From a virus (taxonomy: Duplodnaviria; Caudoviricetes), in the IMG/VR virus record IMGVR_UViG_3300025924_000017, positions 128,001 to 192,000 of that record: a stretch of DNA of 64,000 bases. One strand, given 5' to 3'. A program made the translations under genes and the position numbers. Every line of letters begins with the position of its first letter. The first letter of the stretch is position 1. This document shows, in pieces, positions 43,843 through 54,188 of the stretch. The notes beneath the pieces were generated by a model. The model was not told the DNA's origin and ran no database searches. It saw only the letters and a list, made by a program, of their open reading frames with translations.

Positions 43843-45487
43843 TCAGTTCGATATTCACTCGGTGTCGCCCGCCGAGTTGCTGAAGCTCGTCAAGCAGGCA
43901 GGTGGTCAGCGCGAGTTCGCGCGTAAACACGGCCTCGCACGCACCACGGTCCAAGACCGTCTCTACAAACTGCGCAAGCAACCGTTCGGCCATCGTCCGC
44001 CGCCGAAAGCACGACGTGTCGGTGAGAAGCGCGGTGTGCGCCGCTTCATTCTCACGTCCGCGCAAGACGGCACGGCGCCACACGAAGAATTCCTGTCAAA
44101 CCTCGAAGCCTATCGCACGTGGCTTCAGCAGTACGGCTCCTGCGAAATCCTGATCGGACCGTTCACGTACGGCAAAGGACTGTTCGAGGATCACGCGACC
44201 AAATCCAAGCAGGTCCACTATCACGAGCGCATCAAGCCGTATCTCGTCTTCGACCGTATCCGGATCGCCGACAAGATCGATTTCTGCGGCGAGATGAACA
44301 CGCTGCCGACTGCGTCAACACCGCTCTCAGGCTTTGCGACCTATACCCAGAATCGCTGGGGCGTCTTCCCGCACGCGAAGGTCCAGTTGGCCTCGATCCC
44401 GCGCATGCATCACGAGCCGCCGAAGCAGATCATGACGACCGGCGCCGTCACCAAGCCGAATTACATTCCGAAGAAGGCGGGCATCAAGGCGGCCTTTCAC
44501 CACGTGTTCGGCGCAGTGCTTGTCGAGGTGGATCGTGATGGCGACTTCTTCTGCCGTCATCTGATCGCTGACAGCGACGGCACGTTCTACGATCTCGACC
44601 GCAAGGTCGAAGGAGCCAAGGTCTCCGCCGGGCACCGACTTACGGTCCTCACTCCCGGGGATATTCACATCGCCGGAACCGACCCGGAGGTGATGCGCGC
44701 CGTGTTCGGCATCTATCCGACCGACACGAGCCGCTTCGGCATCCAGCGAAAATGGAAGACGGACGGCGTGGGGACGTCGCTGCTAACCACGCTCCGCCCG
44801 GAGCACGTGTTCTGCCACGACACGCTCGACTTCCGTGCCCGCAATCACCACGACATCAACAATCCCCACAAGCGGTTCGAGTTGTGGGTGACCGGCAGCG
44901 ACTCCGTGGGTGGCGAGGTCGAAGAAGTGGCGATGTTCTGCTCGCACCTTCCGAAGCTCTACCCCGAGACCGAGTTCTACACGGTCGATTCCAACCACGA
45001 TCAAGCGCTCGACACGTGGCTCAAGTTTGGTGATTACAGGTTCGATCCCGTCAACGCGATCTTCTTCCTGCGCAACCAGCTTGCGCGGTATGAGTCAATG
45101 CAGCGGCAGGACGACGGCTTCTCGATCTTCCAGCATGCCGTCAGCAGCTTCCCGAACTGGGATTGCTCGCGCATCCACTTCCTGCGCGAAGATCGCGATC
45201 CCATCGAGATCGGTGGCGTCCAGCACTCCTATCACGGACATCGTGGACCAAACGGTCGGCGCGGTTCGGTGGCATCGCTGGCTCAGGTGTGCGCGAAGCT
45301 CACCATCGGTCACGTCCACTCGCCAGCGGTCCTTGACGGTCTCTGCGCGGCAGGCATGTCGTGTCTCAACGACCAAGGCTACAACAAAGGCCCCTCAAGC
45401 TGGTCACCGACGCTCACAGCGCAATATGCGAGCGGTAAGCGTACGCTGATCACGTTGGTCGGTGAGAAGTGGTGCGTTCCGATCTGA
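43832..45487 (+). CDS. T5 A1-like metallophosphoesterase nuclease with N-terminal HTH
   Basis: FILTSAQ, GDIH, SNHD, YHGH, GHVHSP; 551 aa. Confidence 0.75.
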   Translation: MSHNQFDIHSVSPAELLKLVKQAGGQREFARKHGLARTTVQDRLYKLRKQPFGHRPPPKARRVGEKRGVRRFILTSAQDGTAPHEEFLSNLEAYRTWLQQYGSCEILIGPFTYGKGLFEDHATKSKQVHYHERIKPYLVFDRIRIADKIDFCGEMNTLPTASTPLSGFATYTQNRWGVFPHAKVQLASIPRMHHEPPKQIMTTGAVTKPNYIPKKAGIKAAFHHVFGAVLVEVDRDGDFFCRHLIADSDGTFYDLDRKVEGAKVSAGHRLTVLTPGDIHIAGTDPEVMRAVFGIYPTDTSRFGIQRKWKTDGVGTSLLTTLRPEHVFCHDTLDFRARNHHDINNPHKRFELWVTGSDSVGGEVEEVAMFCSHLPKLYPETEFYTVDSNHDQALDTWLKFGDYRFDPVNAIFFLRNQLARYESMQRQDDGFSIFQHAVSSFPNWDCSRIHFLREDRDPIEIGGVQHSYHGHRGPNGRRGSVASLAQVCAKLTIGHVHSPAVLDGLCAAGMSCLNDQGYNKGPSSWSPTLTAQYASGKRTLITLVGEKWCVPI

Positions 45488-45663
45488 TGGCAGATTGCAC
45501 CTGCACCGATTGCGATTTCATGCGCAAAGCCCGAGACGCCATGGCCGATTTTACGGAGAGGCAGAAGAGCTTCACGCAAGAAGAAGCCCGTGCGTGGCTC
45601 GTCAAGCTCGGCACACATAACCCGGATGGAACACTGACACCTGAGTATGGCGGCGAAGCGTGA
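45487..45663 (+). CDS. Small hypothetical protein
   Basis: MADCTCTDC...LGTHNPDGTLTPEYGG. Confidence 0.55.
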   Translation: MADCTCTDCDFMRKARDAMADFTERQKSFTQEEARAWLVKLGTHNPDGTLTPEYGGEA

Positions 45664-45983
45664 AGGCAAGCTCCCCCTACGATCTCTCCCGGACGGATCG
45701 CAACCCGCGTCCCGAATATCCGGTGCTCATCGTCGTCTCGTCACAACGAGAAGCCGAAGAGTTGCAGAAGAGGCTTCACCCGTCCGAGTTCTATGTAACG
45801 TCGGTCAATGGCCCTCTGGTAGGCCACCGCTTTCGCATGATTCAGGTCTGTATCTCCGCTTGGGAAAACAAAATGAGAGCTTCCCCGAGTAGGATGGAGA
45901 TAGAGTCGGTCAATCGGTTTCTCACCGAGTATCTCCCCACGAAGCTCGCGGCCGGGTGCGAGCAGTATATTTTCCGGCTCTGA
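45660..45983 (+). CDS. Hypothetical protein
   Basis: 107 aa coupled ORF. Confidence 0.5.
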   Translation: MKASSPYDLSRTDRNPRPEYPVLIVVSSQREAEELQKRLHPSEFYVTSVNGPLVGHRFRMIQVCISAWENKMRASPSRMEIESVNRFLTEYLPTKLAAGCEQYIFRL

Positions 45984-46189
45984 TGGATCGCAACGACTTC
46001 CTCGCCAGCGATACCAAAGGCGATCCAGCACACCCCGAACGTTTCCCGCAACGCTTCCAATCGATCCGTTGTGCGCAATGCACCGCGTGCACGTTTGATC
46101 GTCTCGCGGGACGCTGTCTTTCCGGCGGTCCGTACAATTCCAACCTCGAAGTCTCGTTTTCCGAGTGTCACCATTTACGGAATTCTTGA
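45980..46189 (+). CDS. Small Cys-rich hypothetical protein
   Basis: CAQC..C......C pattern. Confidence 0.5.
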   Translation: MMDRNDFLASDTKGDPAHPERFPQRFQSIRCAQCTACTFDRLAGRCLSGGPYNSNLEVSFSECHHLRNS

Positions 46190-46220
46190 CGCAATTCACG
46201 ACATTCGATAACACCCTCGC

Positions 46221-48623
46221 ATGACGTTGCATACCGGCCGCTCCCTCGTATGGGATATTGAAACAGACGGCCTCCTCCGAGAACTCACCAAGGTCCACAT
46301 TCTCTGCATCAAGGATGTCGAGAGCGGAGAGCGTTGGGTTTTCCACAACACCACCGGCGGTGAAGGCGTCAACGATCCCGAGGACAACATCCTCGACGGC
46401 ATCGCGATGCTCAATGAGGCAGAGTGCATCATCGGGCACAACATCGAAGGCTTCGACTGCGAGGCGATGACGAAGGTCTATGGGGCGGCGTTCAATCCCC
46501 AAGGCATCGTGCGCGACACGCTTGTTATGGTCCGCATGCTGTTCGCCGACGAGAAGGAACGTGACTTCCGGCGCATTGCCCGTGGCGATCTCGAAGGCAA
46601 GTACATCGGAAGCCACGAACTCGGTGCGTGGGGTCAACGCCTAGGCTTTCCGAAGGGCGATTACTCCGATGTGAAGAAGGCTCAACTTCTTGAGCAATTC
46701 CCGCATCTTGGACGCGGTGACACCAAAGAAGAGCGCGCTGCGAACAAGGCAGAACTCAATCGTCTCGTCTGGGAAAAGTGGTCTCCGGAGATGGAGGCCT
46801 ACGCCGAGCAGGACGTGGAAGTCACCTTCCATCTCTGGAAGAAAATCCTGTCCAAACCGTGGCCCGATCTTGCCACCAAACTTGAACACGCCGTCCACTC
46901 GGAGATGGAGCGCGTTCAACGGAACGGCTTCCCCTTCGATCTGGAACTAGCCCGCAAACTCGAAGCCGACCTTCTCGTTCACCACGAGACGCTCTCTCAG
47001 AAGGCCATCGATCACTTCGGGTCGTGGTGGGTGCCGTCGCGTTGGCTGCACGTCAACAACAAGAAGAGCACGAGCTACGTCTCGCCCGCGACCGGCAAGA
47101 AGGAGAAAGACCTCGCGCCGTTCCGCCCGCGTCCCGAATTCGGCGAAGACGACACGCGTTCGCACTGGGGTGAAATTCAAATCCCGAAGCGCACGGTTCG
47201 CTTCAAGCCGATCATCAACGAAGAGACCGGCGAAGTTCGTCACAAAGGCGATACCGAAGAAGGCTGCCCGTTCACCCCGGTCGAACTCAAAGAGTTCAAT
47301 CCGAACTCCCGTCCGCAGATTATCGACCGTCTCACCACGATTTACGGTTGGGAGCCGCAGGAATTTACGGAAGAGGGTAATCCCAGCGTCAACGACGATG
47401 TTCTGCGCGATCTCGCCAAGGACATCCCGATCTGCGACGAGCTTGCCGAAATCTTTTATTACTCCAAGCGCCTCGGCCAGCTTGCTGATGGCCGCAACGC
47501 CCTCATCGGTAAAGCCGAGGAGTGGGGCGACGGCAAAATCCATCCGCGTATCGTATCGGGCGGCACCGTCACCAACCGCGCCTCGCATTCCAATCCGAAC
47601 ATCGCGCAGGTTCCGCGCGTCGTGTTCAAGAACATCCTCCAGTGGGAGGAAGAAGACGCGACCTATTCCTTCGCCCAGAACAAGATCATCTACGGCCGCA
47701 TCATCGACGGCGAGTTCGTCGAAGGTGGGCTCACCCCGCTTCTCGATCCGAACGGAAAGCAATGGAAGGGAAAGCCCAAGCGCGATAAGCAGGGCAACTT
47801 CATCCAGAACGCCGAAGGGCAATACGAGGTCTCCAAGTCCCTGTTGAGGGGACGTGCTGGCGATCACGGCTGGGACTTCCGCCATCTCTTCTACGTGCCG
47901 CCGGGCTGGAAGCTCATGGGTGCCGACCAAAAAGGCATCGAACTTCGCGCTCTCGGTCACTACATGGCCGAGTTCGACGGTGGCGACTATTTGCGCCTCG
48001 TCGTCGAAGCCGACCCGCACGATCTCCACCAGTCCGTTATGGAATTGGACAATCGTGACACCGCGAAGACCTTCATCTACGCGCTGATCTACGGCGCTCA
48101 GGACTTCAAGCTCGGGACCATCATCGATCCTTCGCTGGCGATGAAGCCGAACGCGGCGAAGGCGCTCGGCGCCGAAATGCGCCGTCGTCTTATGACCCGA
48201 ATTCCCGCGCTTGGGAAGGTCGTGCAGGCAGTCCAGCGCATGGCTGGTCGCGGATACGTCGATGGTCTCGATGGCCGTCAGCTTTATGTCCGCGCCAAAC
48301 ACTCAGCACTGAACACCCTGCTTCAGGGTGCGGCGGCGACCGTCGCAAAGATGTGGTGCGTCAACTTCGAGAACTTCTGCGAAGAGGACGGCCTTACACA
48401 CGGCTGGACCGGCGTGAACTCCGAAGACGGTCCGGGCGACTTCGCCATCCTCGCATGGATTCACGACGAATTGCAGGTCGCGGTCCGCGAAGAGATCGAC
48501 ATCATGGAAATCGCGCGCCGCAACGTGGTCGATGCTGCGGCGAGTGCTGGTCAACGTCTCGGTTTCCGGGCGCCCGTCGATATCGACGTGAAGTGGGGCC
48601 AGCGCTGGAATGAAACTCACTAA
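46221..48623 (+). CDS. Family A DNA polymerase, T7 gp5-like, with 3'-5' exonuclease
   Basis: DIETDG, GHNI, ADQKGIELR (motif A), AKTFIYALIYG (motif B), HDELQ (motif C). Confidence 0.95.
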   Translation: MTLHTGRSLVWDIETDGLLRELTKVHILCIKDVESGERWVFHNTTGGEGVNDPEDNILDGIAMLNEAECIIGHNIEGFDCEAMTKVYGAAFNPQGIVRDTLVMVRMLFADEKERDFRRIARGDLEGKYIGSHELGAWGQRLGFPKGDYSDVKKAQLLEQFPHLGRGDTKEERAANKAELNRLVWEKWSPEMEAYAEQDVEVTFHLWKKILSKPWPDLATKLEHAVHSEMERVQRNGFPFDLELARKLEADLLVHHETLSQKAIDHFGSWWVPSRWLHVNNKKSTSYVSPATGKKEKDLAPFRPRPEFGEDDTRSHWGEIQIPKRTVRFKPIINEETGEVRHKGDTEEGCPFTPVELKEFNPNSRPQIIDRLTTIYGWEPQEFTEEGNPSVNDDVLRDLAKDIPICDELAEIFYYSKRLGQLADGRNALIGKAEEWGDGKIHPRIVSGGTVTNRASHSNPNIAQVPRVVFKNILQWEEEDATYSFAQNKIIYGRIIDGEFVEGGLTPLLDPNGKQWKGKPKRDKQGNFIQNAEGQYEVSKSLLRGRAGDHGWDFRHLFYVPPGWKLMGADQKGIELRALGHYMAEFDGGDYLRLVVEADPHDLHQSVMELDNRDTAKTFIYALIYGAQDFKLGTIIDPSLAMKPNAAKALGAEMRRRLMTRIPALGKVVQAVQRMAGRGYVDGLDGRQLYVRAKHSALNTLLQGAAATVAKMWCVNFENFCEEDGLTHGWTGVNSEDGPGDFAILAWIHDELQVAVREEIDIMEIARRNVVDAAASAGQRLGFRAPVDIDVKWGQRWNETH

Positions 48624-48833
48624 ATGAAAATCTTCTCAGCCCGACGCGCAAAGAACGAATACGGGAGCACCTTCGCATTTACCGGCGTGGTCAAACCCGA
48701 CTCTACCGGTCGCTGCGATCACGTTTCCATCCAAGGGGGCGCCTGCGGTGCACGGCGCGTTGACCTGACGCTCTCAATCACAGAAGCCGCTAAACTCCGC
48801 GATTTTCTGACCGAAATACTGGAGACGCCGTGA
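48624..48833 (+). CDS. Hypothetical protein
   Basis: 69 aa ORF directly after the polymerase. Confidence 0.5.
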   Translation: MKIFSARRAKNEYGSTFAFTGVVKPDSTGRCDHVSIQGGACGARRVDLTLSITEAAKLRDFLTEILETP

Positions 48834-48984
48834 TGCTGCGTCTTCCCGTCATCCGCCACATCCGCTGGCTCATCCATTCCTATCTCGTCGAACGTCACTA
48901 CCGCCGCTGGGCGCAAGTCGGAGCGTTGCCGGTCAACCGCGACCGCGATGAGGCCGTCTTGGATATGATCTGGCGCGGCGAGTA

Positions 48985-49392
48985 TTGATGCTCAATCCGC
49001 GTACTGCGATCCGGCGCATCAAACGCGTCCTCACACCCGATTTGCTGAAGCCCGCATATCGCTTCATGGCGTCGGCTACCAACCCGACCGCCGGTCATTG
49101 CTACCACGCGACCGAAGCACTCTTTCACATACTCGGCGGCTACGAGAGTGACTGGGTCCCGATGCGTGTGCGTGAAGAAGACGGCATGACCCATTGGTGG
49201 CTGCGCAATCGCAAGACCGGCAAGCGCGCCGATCCCACTGAAGATCAATATCGCCTCGTCGGCGAAGAGCCACCGTACGAGCACGGCAAAGGCGGAGGCT
49301 TTCTCACGCGCCAGCCTTCCAAGCGTGCCGCCGAGATCATTCGGCGTGTCATGAAAACTGACTATGGTGACGTAATTCTTGACACACTCTGA
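48985..49392 (+). CDS. Conserved phage hypothetical protein
   Basis: GHCYHATEA...HWWL...DPT.DQY motif. Confidence 0.6.
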   Translation: MMLNPRTAIRRIKRVLTPDLLKPAYRFMASATNPTAGHCYHATEALFHILGGYESDWVPMRVREEDGMTHWWLRNRKTGKRADPTEDQYRLVGEEPPYEHGKGGGFLTRQPSKRAAEIIRRVMKTDYGDVILDTL

Positions 49393-49449
49393 AACCCACG
49401 CTATCACCTTGCCACACTTAGTTTTTCTTCGTTCGAGTAGTTCTCCCCT

Positions 49450-50061
49450 TTGATCCTCTTCTACGACACCGAAACGTCAGGCTTCCTCAACAAGTCTTGG
49501 CCGCTTCACGATCCCCGACAGAATCGCATCGTCCAGCTTGGCGCGATCCTCGATTATCCGGACGGCCGCGAAGCGATGCGCCTCGACGTGATTGTCGCGC
49601 ACAAGGATATCCCGCAGCACGTGGCGGACTCGTGGCCCGGCGCCGAGAAATTCCATCTCATCTCCCGCGAGACATCCGAGAAGATCGGCATCAACGAGAC
49701 GACCGTCATGGAGATGTTCCTCGACATGATCGAGGTCGCCGACACCATCGTCGGACAGAACATCAAGGGTTTCGACAACGACATGGTCACAGCCGTCGCT
49801 CGGCGCGTGATCGCGAACGAAGCGTTCACGCCGTTCGCCGGTAAGAACATCTTCGACACCATGTTCGCCGGGCAGCCGCTCTGCCGCATTCCGAACCCCA
49901 GAGGCGGTGGTCTCAAGAAGCCCAACCTCACCGAGCTTCACAAACACCTGTTCAACGGCGAAGGTTTCGACAAGGCGCACTCCGCGATCAATGACGTGCT
50001 CGCAACGCGTCGCTGCTTCTACAAGATGCAGGAACTTCTCAACGCACAGGCGCCTCAATGA
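49450..50061 (+). CDS. DEDDh exonuclease (DNA pol III epsilon-like)
   Basis: YDTETSG, QN..GFD, DTM, AHSA.NDV. Confidence 0.85.
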   Translation: MILFYDTETSGFLNKSWPLHDPRQNRIVQLGAILDYPDGREAMRLDVIVAHKDIPQHVADSWPGAEKFHLISRETSEKIGINETTVMEMFLDMIEVADTIVGQNIKGFDNDMVTAVARRVIANEAFTPFAGKNIFDTMFAGQPLCRIPNPRGGGLKKPNLTELHKHLFNGEGFDKAHSAINDVLATRRCFYKMQELLNAQAPQ

Positions 50062-51179
50062 GCAAGCCTGAGGCGAAGCCCAATCCAAACATCCTCGATT
50101 TCGAGAAAGGCCTGAACGCCTACGTCGCGGCGCACCAGAAGGTCTGGAAGCACGACCGTAGCCAGTCGGTCGGCGCCTCGGAAGCATTCGGCTGCATTCG
50201 CAAAGCTTTCTTCAGCAAGAGCGGAGCCGAGAAGGACAAGGATCACAAGGACTCGTGGGGCGCGCTTCAACGCGGCGACCTGATCGAGAACCATTTTGTC
50301 GAACCCGCCGTCAGTTGGTTTGTTGAAAACCTTCACGGCGAAGCGAGGTTGGTCTGGGGTGGCGCGAAGCAACGCACACTCATCGAAGGTAGGCTCTCAG
50401 CCACCCCAGACGGACTTCTCATCGGTCTCGCTGACGACGCACTCGCCAATTACGGCATTCCGTCGCTTGGCGGTACCGGCTGCGCCAACTTCGAGGTCAA
50501 GTCTATTGACCCTCGCGTCAACCTGAAGGAAGAAAAAGCCATCCACCGTGGGCAGACCATCGTGCAGATGGGCCTCACCCGGTTAAAGACGCGCTACAAG
50601 CCGAACTACGCCATCATCCTCTACGTCGATGCGAGCTTCTTCGACGACATCGATGTGTTCATCGTCCCGTACGATCAGAAGGCATTCGAGGTTGCGCAGG
50701 CTCGGGCCAATGAGGTCTTTACGACCACGAACGCCGCATCACTGCTTGCGGAAGGCAAGATCGACGGCACCTGCCAATACTGCCCCTTCACGGTCGCGTG
50801 TGCACGGGCAAACGAAATCCACACCCCGCAAGACGGGATGGCGAATAGCGAGAATACCGACTTCGAACTTCTTGAAGAATTCGAGGAACTGGTTCGTGCG
50901 GAGCGGGTCGCTTCTGCGAACAAAAAGGCCCTCGTAGCGGCCCACAGTGAAGCCTCGGAGAGGTTGAAGCAGTGGTTCCGCGACACCGGAGTGAAGCGGG
51001 CAGTTGCTCACGACGCATCGGTGAAAGCGTCCATCTCTTGGGTCAAAGGTCGCAAGACTTACGACATCGAGGCCATGCGCGCTGACGGTATCGATGTCGA
51101 GAAATATACCAAAGACGGTGAAGGACACGACAGGCTGACCATCTCTGAGAAGGGAGCCCAACGTGCTGACGCAGATTAG
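50058..51179 (+). CDS. Cas4-like PD-(D/E)xK exonuclease
   Basis: GASEAFGCIRK, ATPDG, FEVKS, Q...QM, CQYCPF...C. Confidence 0.8.
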   Translation: MSKPEAKPNPNILDFEKGLNAYVAAHQKVWKHDRSQSVGASEAFGCIRKAFFSKSGAEKDKDHKDSWGALQRGDLIENHFVEPAVSWFVENLHGEARLVWGGAKQRTLIEGRLSATPDGLLIGLADDALANYGIPSLGGTGCANFEVKSIDPRVNLKEEKAIHRGQTIVQMGLTRLKTRYKPNYAIILYVDASFFDDIDVFIVPYDQKAFEVAQARANEVFTTTNAASLLAEGKIDGTCQYCPFTVACARANEIHTPQDGMANSENTDFELLEEFEELVRAERVASANKKALVAAHSEASERLKQWFRDTGVKRAVAHDASVKASISWVKGRKTYDIEAMRADGIDVEKYTKDGEGHDRLTISEKGAQRADAD

Positions 51180-51334
51180 CGCTTAGGATTAGCAATTAGG
51201 AATCGAACGACAACAAGAAGCAGCTTCGCAACCGCTTAGTTAGCTTTAGACCAGACGAAGGTCTTAGCACGCCCACCGGGCGCAAGTCCGGTGGGTTCTC
51301 CTCAAACCCAAAACGAAAGTAGCATAGCCTAGAC

Positions 51335-52207
51335 ATGAGTAACGATTTGGTTCCCGCACAGAGCGGCGGTTTTCTCGCTCAGAGTGACGACGACTTCCTC
51401 GCACGTCTTTCCAACGTCGTCGATAACATGAAAGGGAGCGGTGGCTCCCATGCGTTCCTGAAGTTCGACGGCAAGCGAGGCGTCTACAGCTACGGCGCCG
51501 ACGATGTCGAGCTTCAGCCCGGCACGCAACTGGTTCTCGATTACCGCAGCCTGCGTCAGGGCTGGATCATCTGGCTGAACGGCAACGTCGCCGACGAGAT
51601 CATGGTCGATCCGATGACCACGGCCATCCCGACGATCCGCGAACTGCCGGATCATGGCCCGTATGGCAAGGACGACGGCCCGCGCGAACAGCAGACCGTC
51701 ATGCTCAAGATGATCGAAGACCCGTTCGTCGAACTCAAGTTCCAAGCCAACAACAAGTCGAAGATGTACGCGCTCGGCGGCGTCATGAAGGACTTCATCA
51801 AGTCCTACAAGATGCACCCCGGATGCTATCCGATCATCGACATCGACTCGAACTCGTTCGAGGGTAAGGACAAGGAGACCGGCCGCAAGTACAAGCAGTT
51901 TGCGCCGAAGTTCAAGATCGTCTCGTGGATGTCCGCCGACGAACTGAACGCAATGTCCGAAGGCAACCCCGAGGACTACGATCAGGCTGAGGAAAATCAG
52001 GTCGAGGAAGAAGTGCAAGCTCTTCCGGAGCCGGAGCCCACGCCTGCCCCGCAGCAGCAGCAGACGCGTCCTGCGCCTGCCCGTACCGCCGCCCCGCGTA
52101 CAACTGCCCCGCGCCCGACGCCTGCGACAGCGCCCCAGAACGCTCCGCAGTCTTCGGCCGCGCCCAGCACCGCCGCTGCGCCACCCGCCCGCCGGAGTCG
52201 CTTCTAA
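51335..52207 (+). CDS. Putative single-stranded DNA-binding protein
   Basis: LKFDGKRG.Y, GWI.W, APKFKIVSW; acidic and Pro/Ala-rich tail; position in the replication module. Confidence 0.6.
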   Translation: MSNDLVPAQSGGFLAQSDDDFLARLSNVVDNMKGSGGSHAFLKFDGKRGVYSYGADDVELQPGTQLVLDYRSLRQGWIIWLNGNVADEIMVDPMTTAIPTIRELPDHGPYGKDDGPREQQTVMLKMIEDPFVELKFQANNKSKMYALGGVMKDFIKSYKMHPGCYPIIDIDSNSFEGKDKETGRKYKQFAPKFKIVSWMSADELNAMSEGNPEDYDQAEENQVEEEVQALPEPEPTPAPQQQQTRPAPARTAAPRTTAPRPTPATAPQNAPQSSAAPSTAAAPPARRSRF

Positions 52208-52234
52208 GCACCACCGACTCTGAACGACGCGAAA

Positions 52235-52260
52235 TCGCCCACGCAGAAATGCGTGGGCGA
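52235..52260. terminator. 11 bp hairpin with GAAA loop after the SSB-like gene
   Basis: TCGCCCACGCA-GAAA-TGCGTGGGCGA. Confidence 0.5.
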
Positions 52261-52280
52261 TAACGGCGGAGGCTTCTCAA

Positions 52281-52766
52281 ATGCCCCTCATCCCTGACGG
52301 TCTGCGCAACCCAATCCGGTTGCGAGACGCCGAACCCATCATCAACGGCGCGGTGTCGGCGAACGAACAGCATCACCCGGGCTGGACAAATAAAGCACGC
52401 CACGTCGTGCTCCATTTCGCACGCTCGTGCGGCAAACCCTTCAGTATCAACGACATCAATGAGACGTCCGAAAAGCGTGCTCTTGATGGCATCACCAAAA
52501 CCAAGTCCGGTATCGGTGGTGTGTTGAAGGCGCTCGCCAAAGAAGGCGAGATCATCAAACTCGAACAACTCACTCACGACGATAGCGGCGCGGTTTTGCG
52601 CCGCGATGTCGGGCTTTGGGCGACGCCTCAGATCGCCGCCACTTACAACCCTGTGCTCGTGGTGCGTCCGCATCGCGTGAACAAGGTCATCGATCTCCTC
52701 AAGCAGTGCAGCGCGGAAGAGCGCAGCATGGTCTTCGAGGAACTGGCGTCCATGGAGGTTGCGTAA
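52281..52766 (+). CDS. Hypothetical protein, possible wHTH
   Basis: 161 aa; PFSINDI...GGVLKALAKEGEI. Confidence 0.55.
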   Translation: MPLIPDGLRNPIRLRDAEPIINGAVSANEQHHPGWTNKARHVVLHFARSCGKPFSINDINETSEKRALDGITKTKSGIGGVLKALAKEGEIIKLEQLTHDDSGAVLRRDVGLWATPQIAATYNPVLVVRPHRVNKVIDLLKQCSAEERSMVFEELASMEVA

Positions 52767-52772
52767 GCCTCT

Positions 52773-54188
52773 ATGGAGCTTTCTGACCAGCAGGGCTCGT
52801 GCGTTAAGCACATCACCACTGCTCTGAAAAACGGTACGTCGAACTTCGACGCACAAGCGATTTTCGGCCCAAACTGCCCGCCGACGCAACTGGTGCGTAT
52901 CGATGGCTTTGCCGGTACAGGCAAATCCACCATCCTGCCCTTCATTCTCGACGACATCGGGTTCGATCCCAAGACCATTGCATTCTGCGCGCCGACCGGC
53001 AAAGCGGCGAAGGTCATGCGCACGAAGCTGCGCGACCAGAATTTCCCGAACGCCGAAGCACGCACGATCCACAGCGCGATCTATCGCGCCAAACCCGCGC
53101 CAATCTCCAAGCTGGAGGCCGATCTCGCGAACCATAAGGAACAGCTTGCAAAAATCACGAGTGAAATTCGAGACTATCACGCTGAGAAATATGGCAACGA
53201 CGAGACAGCCCCCAAGGTCTCGCTCGATCAGCATCCGAAGGTCCAGCAGCAACGCAACCTGATCGCACGTCTCGAACGCGAACTCGACAACGCGTACGAC
53301 GCGGACGAACTCGCGTTCCAGATCAATCCCGACAGTTCGATTGCCGACGCCCAACTGATCGTCGTGGACGAGTTCTCGATGGTGGGACGGCGCATGGCGG
53401 AGGACCTGATGTCCTTCGGCGTGCCGATCCTTGCCATGGGCGACCCGGGCCAGCTTCCGCCGGTCAAGGACGAGGACTTCCTCGCGCTCGGCGATCCGGA
53501 CTTCTTCCTCTCGGAAATTCACCGTCAGGCCGCCGACAATCCGATCATCTATCTGTCGAGGCTCGCTCGTGAGGGTGAGGACTTGCCGTACGGCGATTAC
53601 GGCAACGGCGTCATCGTCATGGACCGTCAGCGGTTCGATTACACCGGCAGCTTCGAGGACCGTCCGCAGTTCATCTGCGGAAAGAACGATACGCGCTGGA
53701 GAGTCACGCAGATGCTCCGGCAGGACTTCGGCTTCACCGATGATCCGCGCAACGTCATCGGCCCACGTCGTGGTGAGCCTCTCGTCGTCAAGAAGAACAC
53801 GAAGGAATATCCGAACCTCGTCAACGGGACCGACTGCATCGCGCTGACGGACTTCGATCTGATCCCCGGCAATTGCGTGTACCCCATGTCGTTCCAAGAC
53901 GACGAAGGCACACGATACGAAGAGAAGAAGGTCTTTCAGGGTCGCTTCGAGGAGCACTACTCGCGCAAGGCCGGGAAGTTCACCGGTCCGAAATTCCAGA
54001 CCTATCGCGCCCAGAAGAACTCCATCGTCATGGACTGGAACTACGTCGCGACGGCGCACAGCGCGCAGGGCTCGCAGTGGGACAATTGCGTCATCATCGA
54101 CGAGTCCTCGGTTTTCCGCGCCGATGCTAACCGGTGGCTCTACACCGCCGTCACTCGTGCAGCGAAGACGCTCGTGGTGCTGCGCTGA
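52773..54188 (+). CDS. RecD/Dda-like SF1B DNA helicase
   Basis: GFAGTGKS, APTGKAA, VDEFSM, GDPGQLPPV, TAHSAQGSQW, YTAVTRA. Confidence 0.9.
   Translation: MELSDQQGSCVKHITTALKNGTSNFDAQAIFGPNCPPTQLVRIDGFAGTGKSTILPFILDDIGFDPKTIAFCAPTGKAAKVMRTKLRDQNFPNAEARTIHSAIYRAKPAPISKLEADLANHKEQLAKITSEIRDYHAEKYGNDETAPKVSLDQHPKVQQQRNLIARLERELDNAYDADELAFQINPDSSIADAQLIVVDEFSMVGRRMAEDLMSFGVPILAMGDPGQLPPVKDEDFLALGDPDFFLSEIHRQAADNPIIYLSRLAREGEDLPYGDYGNGVIVMDRQRFDYTGSFEDRPQFICGKNDTRWRVTQMLRQDFGFTDDPRNVIGPRRGEPLVVKKNTKEYPNLVNGTDCIALTDFDLIPGNCVYPMSFQDDEGTRYEEKKVFQGRFEEHYSRKAGKFTGPKFQTYRAQKNSIVMDWNYVATAHSAQGSQWDNCVIIDESSVFRADANRWLYTAVTRAAKTLVVLR

Noticed and set aside
46947-48302. 451 aa minus-strand ORF
   Set aside because: Antisense shadow of the DNA polymerase
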